Source: Planctomycetota bacterium
GTDB lineage: Bacteria > Planctomycetota > UBA8742 > UBA2392
Assembly: GCA_025993795.1 (NCBI GenBank)
Contig: JAMQHL010000033.1
Coordinates: forward strand, 3,078-67,077
Direction of reading: 5' to 3'
DNA length: 64,000 nucleotides
A program made the translations under genes and the position numbers. This document shows positions 26,193 to 35,436 of this stretch, piece after piece (within the stretch, counting starts at the first letter, position 1; the number at the start of each line of letters is the position of its first letter). The notes beneath the pieces were generated by a model. That model saw only the letters and a list, made by a program, of their open reading frames with translations. It had not been told where the DNA came from and made no database searches.

Positions 26193-26270
26193 TCCGCCCG
26201 TTCCTGCTTCCAGCTACCTGCTTCCTGCCTCCTACTTCCTGCCACTTGCCTCCACCGACCTGCCTCCTGT
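26193..26270 (-). repeat. Polypurine tract with eight GGA motifs on the minus strand, immediately 3' of the LOG gene
   Basis: The minus strand reads CAGGAGGCAGGTCGGTGGAGGCAAGTGGCAGGAAGTAGGAGGCAGGAAGCAGGTAGCTGGAAGCAGGAACGGGCGGATA. Eight GGA were counted by hand in ~75 nt, several in CAGGA(A/G)G context. The plus strand is a matching C/T tract. Confidence 0.6.
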
Positions 26271-26275
26271 CGTCG

Positions 26276-26986
26276 TTACTTCTTTGGTGGCTGAATCGGC
26301 CGGGTGTCGTGGCCGATGGTTCGGCCTTTCTTGCCGGGGCTGCGCTTGTGGAAATCCACGATGTACCGCACGGCGTCGTCCACGTCTGACGTGCGATGAA
26401 ACAGTTCAAGGTCAACGTCGTTGATGTGCTTCCACTGGTCGCACATCGTCGTCTTCATCCAGTCATACAGGCCCTGCCAGTAGTCCATTCCGAACAGCAC
26501 GCAGGGTATGCGCCGGATTTTCAGCGTCTGCACCAGCGTCAGCACCTCGAACATCTCGTCCATGGTCCCAAAGCCGCCAGGCATGAACACGAAGGCTTCG
26601 CTGTACTTCACAAACATCACCTTGCGGATGAAGAAATATCGAAAGTCCACCAGCGTCTTGGCGTACGGGTTCGCTTCCTGCTCCATGGGCAGGTCAATCG
26701 CCAGGCCAACGCTGTCGCCGCCGGCATCCACGGCACCGCGGTTGCCCGCTTCCATGACGCCCGGGCCGCCGCCCGTGATTACGCCATAGCCGGCTTCCAC
26801 CAGCTTGCGCCCCAGCTCAACGGTTGTCCTGTAAAGCGGTTCGTCGGCGTGGGTGCGAGCGCTGCCAAAAATAGCGACGCACTTGCCCACCTTGCTCATC
26901 GTGTCGAAGCCTTCGACAAACTCGGCCATGACACGAAACACCTGCCAGGTGTCCCTCAGGCCCTCCAGTACTTCGCCCTTGCGCAT
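26276..26986 (-). CDS. LOG family (TIGR00730-type) nucleotide phosphoribohydrolase
   Basis: 236 aa with GGGPGVMEA and PGGFGTMDE motifs. Confidence 0.85.
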   Translation of the reverse strand: MRKGEVLEGLRDTWQVFRVMAEFVEGFDTMSKVGKCVAIFGSARTHADEPLYRTTVELGRKLVEAGYGVITGGGPGVMEAGNRGAVDAGGDSVGLAIDLPMEQEANPYAKTLVDFRYFFIRKVMFVKYSEAFVFMPGGFGTMDEMFEVLTLVQTLKIRRIPCVLFGMDYWQGLYDWMKTTMCDQWKHINDVDLELFHRTSDVDDAVRYIVDFHKRSPGKKGRTIGHDTRPIQPPKK

Positions 26987-27284
26987 GGCGTGCTCCGTGT
27001 GCGGCAGACGTCGGATTGTGGTTTGCCGCGACGCCAGGAACAGGAAAAAGGCACTAATTCCGGCAACTCAAGACCACAATCGGCAATGATTTAGACACTT
27101 CTGAGCGTTAAGGGCATGGGGCGGCAGAGTGTATGCGGCCCGGCAAGGGTGTCCAGAATCACCCGAAAATGACCAATCCAGGCAGTTTTCCAGAATTGCC
27201 TGACATACAGGAACGAACATGTATAAGAGCGCAAGTGACAACCTGAACGTAGTTTACGCGCCGGATGCCAGCGCCGAAGAGCCC

Positions 27285-28292
27285 ATGACCAAGCACGCAC
27301 CAAGATCCAGCGATGAATTCGAGTACATCCGGTGGCTTCGCAGTGAGTTGCCGCCCTCGGGCCCAAACCTTGAGGTAGGCCCCGGCGACGATTGCGCCAT
27401 TCTGCGCGTCAGCAACGACAAGCTGGCCCTGAAGATCGACAGCGTCATTGAGGGCAAGCATTTCGTCCTTTACGACAAGGGCGTGCGCCGCCCGCCGGTG
27501 CTGGGACCCGCTTCGACGCCCGAGGAAGTCGGCCGCAAGGCCATCACGCGCTGCCTTTCTGACTTGGCTGCGATGGGTGCCACGCCGGTTTCGTGCATGG
27601 TTGCGGTTACGCTGCACACGGGTGCCCCCGTCAAGCTGCGCCAAGACCTGTTTCTTGGCATCAGCAAGACCTGTGCAACTTACGGTTTGTCCCTGGCCGG
27701 CGGCGACACCCAAAGCTGGGACGGCCCGCTGAGTATCACCGTCAGCATGATCGGGTCGATGAACGGCGTGCGCCCCGCCTTGCGCGCAGGGGCAGCACCC
27801 GGCGACGTGATCGCGATTACCGGCAGCCTTGGCGGCAGCATTCTGGGCAAGCACCTGCGCTTTGAGCCGCGCATTGCCGAGGGCCGCTTCCTGGCCGAGC
27901 GCGGCGTAAGCGCCATGATTGACATTTCTGACGGGGTGAGCGGCGACATCACGCGCATCTGCGAAGAAAGCGGTCTGCGGTTCAAAGTTGGCGCCGACAT
28001 TGCCGCAGAAGCTGTGCCCGTTAGCAAGTCGGCCCGGCGCCTCGCGAAACTTGAGAACCAGGGCGCCGAGCGCGCCATGCATCATGCCCTTCATGACGGC
28101 GAAGACTTTGAGTTGCTGTTCATCGTCAAGCCGAACCGCTGGAAGGCGATCATCAAGGAGTGGCCGTTCGATGTGCCGATCCGCGCACTCGGGATGATGC
28201 GCGCCTTGAAGAAAGACGAGCCGCTGGTGCGGATTCTTCGGAAGGGCGAACCGGAAGCTCTCGAAGTCCTGAGCTGGGTGCACCAGCTCTAA
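27285..28292 (+). CDS. thiL: Thiamine-monophosphate kinase
   Basis: EFEYIRWLR...VGPGDDCAIL N-terminal motif and AIR-synthase-like fold pattern. Start is either ATG 27285 (335 aa) or ATG 27219. Confidence 0.85.
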   Translation: MTKHAPRSSDEFEYIRWLRSELPPSGPNLEVGPGDDCAILRVSNDKLALKIDSVIEGKHFVLYDKGVRRPPVLGPASTPEEVGRKAITRCLSDLAAMGATPVSCMVAVTLHTGAPVKLRQDLFLGISKTCATYGLSLAGGDTQSWDGPLSITVSMIGSMNGVRPALRAGAAPGDVIAITGSLGGSILGKHLRFEPRIAEGRFLAERGVSAMIDISDGVSGDITRICEESGLRFKVGADIAAEAVPVSKSARRLAKLENQGAERAMHHALHDGEDFELLFIVKPNRWKAIIKEWPFDVPIRALGMMRALKKDEPLVRILRKGEPEALEVLSWVHQL

Positions 28293-28455
28293 AGGGCGCC
28301 CGGCGGTACCTGAATTTCAAAAGAGTGTGCAATCGGTCGGAAACCCTAACCCGTAGGGCTTTGCGGGCGATTGTCCGGCGATTTGCCCGACATGTGACGT
28401 GATAACGTGATAGAATGACAGTGACGGGATTCACCTCGTCGGGTTGGAGTGCCGT

Positions 28456-28950
28456 ATGACCAAGCTATTGCTGCAAAGCCCGAACCCCCAAGCCACGATC
28501 CAGATCGGGCGAATCCTCGGTACCTGTTTGCCGCGTGGAAGCTTCGTTGCGCTGGACGGAATTCTGGGCGCCGGCAAGACCCAACTGGTCAAGGGGATTG
28601 CGTGCGGTCTGGATGAAGGCGGCTGGGCTGGACTTCGCAGCCCCACATTCACGCTTATGCTGAGCTATCACGGCGGGCGCTGCGTGCTGCACCACGTGGA
28701 CTTCTATCGCCTGAATGAAGCGCCGGAGCTGCCGGGAGAAATCCTGGAAGCCATGAACAGCGAGCGAGACATCACGGTGGTGGAGTGGGCCAGCATCTGG
28801 CGCGAGGTTTGGCCGGAGCACTACATTCATGTTTCGATCGAGGTAGAAGACGACGAGAAGCGCCGCATAACGATCGAAGACCCGTTTTCGCTGTGCCCCG
28901 AAATACCCAAGGCGCTGGAAGAATTCATCGTCCAGCCCGCCGAAACCTAG
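28456..28950 (+). CDS. tsaE: tRNA threonylcarbamoyladenosine biosynthesis ATPase TsaE
   Basis: P-loop LDGILGAGKTQLVKG and HVDFYRL motif. ATG 28456 is preferred over the TTG at 28444. Confidence 0.85.
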   Translation: MTKLLLQSPNPQATIQIGRILGTCLPRGSFVALDGILGAGKTQLVKGIACGLDEGGWAGLRSPTFTLMLSYHGGRCVLHHVDFYRLNEAPELPGEILEAMNSERDITVVEWASIWREVWPEHYIHVSIEVEDDEKRRITIEDPFSLCPEIPKALEEFIVQPAET

Positions 28951-29013
28951 CAGAACGCAACGGCTTCGACATTCCCTGATCCTCGCGCCTGCCTCGCTAT
29001 GCGCCGTGCCACC

Positions 29014-30954
29014 CTACTTCAACGTACGCACGCCGTTTGCGTTCTTGGTTACACCTTTGAGGTCAAGCCACTCGAGCAGCGGAATCAGGTACTTGCGCGA
29101 CGTGGGCAGAATTTCTTTGAAGTCCTTCGCCGCCGCCTGCTTGCCGTCTTTCAGGAATTTCACGGTTTCAGCTGTCGCAAACTCAAGCGCCTTGGCGCCG
29201 AACAGAACGCCGCTGGGCAGCACTTCGGCCCGGCCGCTGCCTACCAGGTAATCGACGGCATTCTGGGTTGACTGCTGGTTTGTGCCCGCAGCCTGCGCAA
29301 GCTCCTTCAGCGTAGGCGGGTTGAGCATTGCCTGCTCAAGTTGCGCCGAGACGCGTTCTACAACTTTGCGGTCTTCATCGTTCAGCTTGCCGCCTTCGCC
29401 TGGCAGACCCAGCAGGTCGCCACGCTGGTCTATGGTGCCGGCTTCCACTGCTTTCAGCAGAATCGGCGCAAACGTGCGCGCGTCTACGCCCAGCTGCTGC
29501 TGCACGCTGGCGGCTTTGAGGCCCACCTGCGCCGGGTGCTGCGCGTGGAATGCCCGCAGAATCTCTACCAGCCGCACCCGCGCGCGCATCCACGCGTCCT
29601 TGTGAATCAGCGCGCGTCCAGGGCCGAACTCGGTGGCGACGCCTTTCTCCAGCAACTGGTCCACCAATGGCCCAAGGGCACTCGCAGAAAGTTCCGTGCG
29701 CGCCGCGAGCCCGTCCCGGGTAAGGCCCATTGGCCCTGCCTCAAGGACCGCGGCCTCCGCACGCTGCACGGGGTCATCGGCGGCAGCGGCCCAGTGCTGC
29801 AGCGACGCCAGCAAGTCGGGCTCATTGCGTCGCAGGATCTCGGCTTCGCGCTTGATCACACGACCGCCACCCAGCGTAATCGGCGGCGATGGTAAACGAA
29901 TGATGAAGTGATCGCCGATGCCCGCGACTACCGGGTCTTCCAGCAGCACTTCGCAGATGCAGCTTTCGCCGGGATTCAGCAACGCCCGATCAATGAAGTG
30001 GACGTGCCCGACAAGCTCGCTGGTGCCCACATGAAACTTGACCTCGGCACGGTGCTTCAAGGGCCGCGGCGAACTGGCCAGCAGCGAAAGGCTCAGCGAA
30101 AAGAATCGTGAATGCTCAAACACCCCCGGCGCGCACAGGGTGTGGCCGCGCTGCACCAGGGTATGGTCGATGCCCGCGAGGTTGAAGGCGCTGGAGTGCC
30201 CGGCGCGGGCCTCATCAATCGCGCTGTGGTAGGCCTGCATCGCGCGCACTTTTGCCTTCTGTTCGCCCGGCAGCACGACGAGGTTGTCGCCGATCCTGAC
30301 GCGGCCCGTCACCGGAATGCCGGTCAGCACCGCGCCGTGGCCCTTGGCTGAGAACACGCGCTGCACGGGCATGCGAAAGACACCGGCAACGTCGCGCGTG
30401 GGCGTGGCCTCGATCAACTCGCCGAGTCTTGCCCAGAGTTGATCGATTCCCTGGCCGGTAAGCGCGCTGACGGAAACGACCGGAGCACCTTCGAGAAACG
30501 TCCCGCGCAGCAGGTCGCGGACGTCTTCCGTCGCCAGCTCAATCGTGTCGGCATCTACCTTGTCAATCTTATTCAGCACGATCATGCCGCGCTTCACACC
30601 CAGCAACGTCAAGATCTCAAGATGCTCACGTGTCTGTGGCATCACGCCGTCATCTGCGGCAACGACCAGCATCACGATGTCGATGCCGGTAGCGCCCGCG
30701 ACCATGTTCTTCACAAAGCGCTCGTGGCCGGGCACGTCGATGATGCCCACACGAAAGCGCTCCTGGTACACGAAGTTCGCGAACCCAAGATCGATCGTGA
30801 TGCCCTTGTCCTTTTCTTCCTGCCAGCGGTCAGGGTCGATGCCCGTCAGCGTCTTGACCAGCGTGGACTTGCCGTGGTCGATGTGCCCGGCCGTGCCGAT
30901 TACTACATTCCGGATCTCGGCAGCCTGTGCGGTCATGCCCGAATGATCGGACAT
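29014..30954 (-). CDS. selB: Selenocysteine-specific translation elongation factor SelB
   Basis: GTPase motifs [21 protein letters not shown] and NKID, followed by a long C-terminal extension consistent with winged-helix SECIS-binding domains. ATG 30954 is preferred over the TTG at 30963. Confidence 0.85.
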   Translation of the reverse strand: MSDHSGMTAQAAEIRNVVIGTAGHIDHGKSTLVKTLTGIDPDRWQEEKDKGITIDLGFANFVYQERFRVGIIDVPGHERFVKNMVAGATGIDIVMLVVAADDGVMPQTREHLEILTLLGVKRGMIVLNKIDKVDADTIELATEDVRDLLRGTFLEGAPVVSVSALTGQGIDQLWARLGELIEATPTRDVAGVFRMPVQRVFSAKGHGAVLTGIPVTGRVRIGDNLVVLPGEQKAKVRAMQAYHSAIDEARAGHSSAFNLAGIDHTLVQRGHTLCAPGVFEHSRFFSLSLSLLASSPRPLKHRAEVKFHVGTSELVGHVHFIDRALLNPGESCICEVLLEDPVVAGIGDHFIIRLPSPPITLGGGRVIKREAEILRRNEPDLLASLQHWAAAADDPVQRAEAAVLEAGPMGLTRDGLAARTELSASALGPLVDQLLEKGVATEFGPGRALIHKDAWMRARVRLVEILRAFHAQHPAQVGLKAASVQQQLGVDARTFAPILLKAVEAGTIDQRGDLLGLPGEGGKLNDEDRKVVERVSAQLEQAMLNPPTLKELAQAAGTNQQSTQNAVDYLVGSGRAEVLPSGVLFGAKALEFATAETVKFLKDGKQAAAKDFKEILPTSRKYLIPLLEWLDLKGVTKNANGVRTLK

Positions 30955-31154
30955 CGGCGGCAATTGGGCAAGTGGGGTCGGAGCGTTTCAGCTGCGGACT
31001 TCCAGCCCCGGAGGCCCAAGTCTAAATGCCCGGATTGCCGAACCGGGCAGCAATTCACCGCCACCTGCAATCCGCAATGTAACTTCCGCTACCCGCCACA
31101 GCCATCCGTGCGACACCCTTCCAGCAGGCGCGCCTCTTCTTTACACTTCTGCCT

Positions 31155-33905
31155 GTGAATCGACTGGTCTATGAACACGATGGCAAGCAGGTCGAAATCC
31201 GGCTTGGCAGCAAGCCGGTTTCGCTTGGTCGCTCTGACGAAGCCGACCACAAACTGCCCACCAAACTAGCCAGTCGCATTCACGCGCAGGTATTCCAGCG
31301 CGATGGCGGCTGGTGGGTCGAAGATCTTGGCAGCAGCAATGGCACGATTCTTAACGGCGCCAAGATCGAGGCCCCCACTGCGCTGAAGCCGGGCGACGTC
31401 ATCACCATCGGCGACGTGAAGGTCAAATATGAAGGCGAGGGTGCCAAGCCCCAGGGCGCGCCCGACAAGCTGTTGGCCCGCCTGCTGTACCAGCCCGACA
31501 AGGGCAAGCCGCCCGTTGAACTCATCGTGCGCGACCGCGTCACGATCGGGCGAAAACCTGACAACACTCTGCAGATCGATACCAAGGCGGTTTCCGGTTA
31601 TCACTGCGAAGTGATCAACCGCCAGGGCGCGTACCTGTTGCGCGACCTCGGCAGCAGCAATGGCACCTACATCGGGAAGCAACAAGTCACCGAACATACC
31701 CTGCGAAATGGCGAGATCCTGCTGCTGGGCAAGACCGTCGCCGTGTACTTCATTGATCCTGCGGGGGCCACGGTGCCGTCTGCGCAATCTCAGCCCGCAG
31801 CCGCTCCGGCGGCCACCAAGGCCGCACCGGTTGCAGCAGCGTCGTCTGCAGCTGGCGCATCTGACCGCGGGCAGTTCGCGCCTGTCCGTGCAGAACCGGC
31901 GGCCAAGCCGCCTCGCAACCCGCTTCCCCACGTGGCGGTGGGGATTGCGCTTGGCGCGCTGTTTGTGCTCGCCGGCTGGCTGATCGGTGAGGTGATTACC
32001 GGGTTTCGCGCGCCGCGAAACGAGGGCGCCGACCAGCCAAAGCCTGAGCTTGCGCTCGCCGACGCGGCATTCAGCTTTGAGGGCGAGATTGACGACAACG
32101 GCAACCCCGACGGCTGGAGTGCAAGCTTCGAGGCAACCGGCGGCGGAAAGGCTGAGTTGTTCAGCGATACCGACCGCCCCTACGACGGCGCGCGCAGCCT
32201 GCGTGTGAAAGCAGGCGGCCTCAGCGGCGCGGCGACGCTGGTGCTGCAGACAAGCAAGGCAAGACCCATCGACCTTGGGGGCGAGTGCAAGGCCAGCCTG
32301 TTTGCACGCGCGGAGGGCGGCCAGAAGATTGCAGTCGCGCTGTCGGTGCTTGGAGAAACCGGCAAGTCGCATACCGTGGCGGTCGGCAGCTTCAGCGGTC
32401 TACGCGCCGGCGAATGGGTGAAGCTTGAGCTCAGCGGCAAGCTGCTGACCCCGCTGCCGGCCAACGGCGGCTACCGGCTGATGCTGTGCGGGAACTACAG
32501 CCAGCTCTGGATTGACCGCCTCGATATTTCCAAGGCGGCTGACGGTCCGGCAGACAAGCCCTTCCGCAAGCTGGCGGGCGGTGAGGTCAACATCATGCTG
32601 GACGCGGATGCGCCGGCACGCGCCGTGATTGAGAGCGGCAGGCATGCGGCAAAGATGGTCCCGCGCATGCTTGCGTTCGGCAACGAAGGCGTTTCTGAGC
32701 ACGACCTGTGGTCCATTCAGGCCCACGACAGCAGCAGCGTCACCTACAACGCGCTGCTTCCGGGCTTTGGCGACACGGCGACGTGCGAGCTGGCAGTATC
32801 GGAGCATCCGTCGGCCTTGTTTGCGGGCAACGGCCTGAAGCTGCAGTGGGACCTGAAGCAGGGCAATGTAGAGAGCCTTGCCGTTGAGATAGAGCTTCCG
32901 TTGCCGGCATCATCGACCATCATGATTGCCGACCGGCGCGACATGCCGCTGGAAGTAGACCGAACGGCAATTCACACTTATGCATACTCAACCATCCGCG
33001 AACTCATGGTAAGCGACACGGACCTGTCGGTCAGCTTTCCGGATGGCGCAGTCGTGTGGCTTGACATGTCAAGACCAGGGCGCCTGGTCGCGGTGGTGCG
33101 TGCTGCGCTTGGTGAAACGCGCCGGACGATGAGCGCCGTGGTGAACACCCGGCCGCTGATGTATGCGCGCTTCTATGAACGGCTTTACGACGAAGCCTTT
33201 CGTATGTGGGGTGCGCAGCGCGGCTCAGCGGCAAAAGTGCGGCTGAACTGGTTGCTCGACCCGGTACGTCCGCAACGCGGCCTGGCCGCAATCAGCAAGG
33301 CACGCACCCTGCTTGAAAAGCTTGATGACTCACTGCTGAAGCTGCGTGAAACCGCCGACAGCGCATATGAATCCGCCGACCGCACGCGCACCGCGCAAGC
33401 TGTTGAAGTCTCGCGCAAGATTGTGCAGCGCTACATCGAAACCTGGCCCGGCGAGGCTGACGTCGCGGAGATGCAGAAGCGACTGGAGAAGCTCAAGATC
33501 TGGCAGGTCGAGATTGACGCCCGCAAGCGCACGCCTGAAGAAATGCAGCGGGCCGAGGCCTCCGCTCGCCGGCTGTGGCTCGACGCGCAGAGCAGCAACA
33601 AGGATGGCCATGTGCTTCTGTGCCTTGTGCTGCTTGAGAACATTCTGCGCGACTTTGCCGATACCTCGGTGCATCGCGACGCCACCGTGATGTATGAGCA
33701 GGTCAACGCACGCATGAAAGACCCCAAGGAGCGCGACAAGCTGATCGACGCGGAGTTGCTTGGCATCGACGAAGACATCAAGTTCAAGGACTACAGCCTC
33801 GCCCGCGACCGCTGCCTGAAGCTGTTCAAACGCTTTCCAGATACACCGCGCAACCGCGACATCATGAAGCGCCTGAGGCAGGTCGAAGACGCGTTCGAAG
33901 GATAG
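31155..33905 (+). CDS. Dual-FHA-domain transmembrane protein with an extracytoplasmic CBM-like beta-sandwich and a helical-repeat C-terminus
   Basis: 916 aa, GTG start. Two FHA signatures (LGRS...SRIHAQV...VEDLGSSNGTILNG and IGRK...SGYHCEV...LRDLGSSNGTYIG). TM helix LPHVAVGIALGALFVLAGWLIGEVI. Then FSFEGEIDDNGNPDGWSA...RSLRV..., reminiscent of CBM4/9-type modules. Confidence 0.8.
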   Translation: MNRLVYEHDGKQVEIRLGSKPVSLGRSDEADHKLPTKLASRIHAQVFQRDGGWWVEDLGSSNGTILNGAKIEAPTALKPGDVITIGDVKVKYEGEGAKPQGAPDKLLARLLYQPDKGKPPVELIVRDRVTIGRKPDNTLQIDTKAVSGYHCEVINRQGAYLLRDLGSSNGTYIGKQQVTEHTLRNGEILLLGKTVAVYFIDPAGATVPSAQSQPAAAPAATKAAPVAAASSAAGASDRGQFAPVRAEPAAKPPRNPLPHVAVGIALGALFVLAGWLIGEVITGFRAPRNEGADQPKPELALADAAFSFEGEIDDNGNPDGWSASFEATGGGKAELFSDTDRPYDGARSLRVKAGGLSGAATLVLQTSKARPIDLGGECKASLFARAEGGQKIAVALSVLGETGKSHTVAVGSFSGLRAGEWVKLELSGKLLTPLPANGGYRLMLCGNYSQLWIDRLDISKAADGPADKPFRKLAGGEVNIMLDADAPARAVIESGRHAAKMVPRMLAFGNEGVSEHDLWSIQAHDSSSVTYNALLPGFGDTATCELAVSEHPSALFAGNGLKLQWDLKQGNVESLAVEIELPLPASSTIMIADRRDMPLEVDRTAIHTYAYSTIRELMVSDTDLSVSFPDGAVVWLDMSRPGRLVAVVRAALGETRRTMSAVVNTRPLMYARFYERLYDEAFRMWGAQRGSAAKVRLNWLLDPVRPQRGLAAISKARTLLEKLDDSLLKLRETADSAYESADRTRTAQAVEVSRKIVQRYIETWPGEADVAEMQKRLEKLKIWQVEIDARKRTPEEMQRAEASARRLWLDAQSSNKDGHVLLCLVLLENILRDFADTSVHRDATVMYEQVNARMKDPKERDKLIDAELLGIDEDIKFKDYSLARDRCLKLFKRFPDTPRNRDIMKRLRQVEDAFEG

Positions 33906-34168
33906 GCTGGACGAGGCGCTGTATCGCCGCCTCGGTTGCGTCGTGTCGTATGATCTGTGAGTGAACTGGCATCGACTCGTCGACGACGCCCGGGCCGGCT
34001 GGCGCAGAGGCTGGAGAACTCGCGCTTTCCGTGACTTGGCGGAAGAAGGTGTACAGCCAGGATACGCACATAGGGCGACCCAGCCCAACAGCCCCCGAGA
34101 ACCTGGGAGCGCAGCCTTTCCGAGCGGAGCGAAGCCTCGCGGCGGAAGGCAGAGGCTCCGTCCGGTGC

Positions 34169-34196
34169 TTGACGCTAAGGACCGCACTGTTACGCT
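34169..34196 (+). promoter_or_regulatory. Candidate sigma-70-type promoter for tRNA-Val
   Basis: TTGACG (34169-34174), a 16-nt spacer, then TACGCT (34191-34196), 18 nt upstream of the mature tRNA 5' end. A similar CTTGACGCT string precedes tRNA-Asn (12880-12888). Confidence 0.4.
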
Positions 34197-34213
34197 TCGC
34201 GCCGCATGCCAAT

Positions 34214-34290
34214 GGACCGTTAGCTCAGTTGGCTAGAGCGCTTCCTTGACACGGAAGAGGTCACAGGTTCGAGTCCTGTACGGTCCACCA
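34214..34290 (+). tRNA. tRNA-Val (anticodon GAC)
   Basis: Hand-folded. Acceptor GGACCGT/ACGGTCC, D arm GCTC-AGTTGGCTA-GAGC, anticodon arm CTTCC-TTGACAC-GGAAG, T arm ACAGG-TTCGAGT-CCTGT, encoded CCA. Confidence 0.9.
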
Positions 34291-34299
34291 TTCCCTTCA

Positions 34300-34342
34300 A
34301 AGCGGTCGTGCGAATCCCCTGGTTCGCGCGACCGCTTCGTTT
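34300..34342 (+). terminator. Rho-independent terminator after tRNA-Val
   Basis: 15-bp stem AAGCGGTCGTGCGAA/TTCGCGCGACCGCTT (one G-U pair) with an 8-nt loop, followed by CGTTT. Confidence 0.65.
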
Positions 34343-34481
34343 ACGCCCCGTAAAGCCGCTCCGAGCATGCGGGTGGCCGGCATCCTGGGCTGCGGCAAAT
34401 CGCGTGTCACCATAGTTGGGGCGGCCTACGCCTCTCGGCGATAGGCTTCTGCATCATCGGATGAGGCGGATGTATAGCGAC

Positions 34482-35234
34482 TTACTTGCCCGCCCACAGG
34501 ATTCCGCCCAGGCCTTGGCCTTCGAGCATGGCGTTGAACGCGGTTTGCTGGGTGCTGTCCAGTTCGTCGCGGATTGACTGCTCGGCGGTGCTGACAATGG
34601 AATCCCACTCGGTTTGCCAGTCGAACTTCGTTCCCGCCTGGTCGGCTGCTGCGCTTCGTTCTTTCAGCCGGATGGTTTGGGTGTTCATGTCTTCCAGAAT
34701 GACGTCGAGGCGGTCACGCTGGTATGGCGAGAGGTTCAGCTTGGCGTCGAGGGCCTTCAGCGCGCGTCCGCGGGCGGCCTGCATGACTTCCTGCGCCTTC
34801 TTTTGGTCAATGCCCTCCTGCCTTGCCTTCTCGGCCTCGCGCGCTTTTCGCAAAGCGTCGGCAACGGCGTTGTCCAGGTCGGACTGGCTTGGCGCCGGCC
34901 CGATGGCAATCTCGCCATCACTGGCCGCAGCTTCCTGTTCCTTCAGGGTCTTGATCTGTTGTGTCAACCCTTCGTTGGCCCGTTCCAGAGTTGCGTCGCG
35001 CATGGAAGCGGCTGCAATCTCGTTTCGGAGTCCGGCAATCTCGCGGGCTTGGTTGGCCAACTCCTGCCGCAGCAGTTGAAGCTCCTCGGGACTCACGGCG
35101 GTGTCGCTCGTTCCGGCGACCGGTACATCGGTCGATGCGGGTGATGCGGTTTCCAGGGCCTTGCCCAGCGCCCCACCGACCAACCCGCCGCAAACGGATG
35201 CAAGAATGACCACAGCAAAAACTTGCGCTTTCAT
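34482..35234 (-). CDS. Secreted coiled-coil protein with a Spy/CpxP-like (LTXXQ-type) C-terminal region, hypothetical
   Basis: Trimmed to ATG 35234, preceded by GAGAGGAGCAGCC. Signal/anchor MKAQVFAVVILASVCGG. Heptad-rich middle. LNLSPYQRDRLDVILEDM resembles the LTXXQ motif. Confidence 0.6.
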   Translation of the reverse strand: MKAQVFAVVILASVCGGLVGGALGKALETASPASTDVPVAGTSDTAVSPEELQLLRQELANQAREIAGLRNEIAAASMRDATLERANEGLTQQIKTLKEQEAAASDGEIAIGPAPSQSDLDNAVADALRKAREAEKARQEGIDQKKAQEVMQAARGRALKALDAKLNLSPYQRDRLDVILEDMNTQTIRLKERSAAADQAGTKFDWQTEWDSIVSTAEQSIRDELDSTQQTAFNAMLEGQGLGGILWAGK

Positions 35235-35436
35235 GGCTGCTCCTCTCACTCATCGTGAGAATAGGTTTGGCAAGCACTCCCTGCAGCAAATAACACAGGA
35301 ACTCTGGATGCGCGATGCGGTTTCGCAACGGATTGCCAGGCCGGATGTAGCGAAGCTTCCCTCTACTTCTTCCACTGCGTACCGCTGCATCTTCAGTCAG
35401 CCATGTCGCATTCGCAACAGCGCAGCCGACAGCGGC

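Noticed and set aside
28408-28416. Extended -10-like TGATAGAAT upstream of tsaE as a promoter
   Set aside because: No convincing -35 lies at proper spacing. A single hexamer-level match is too weak to report as a feature.
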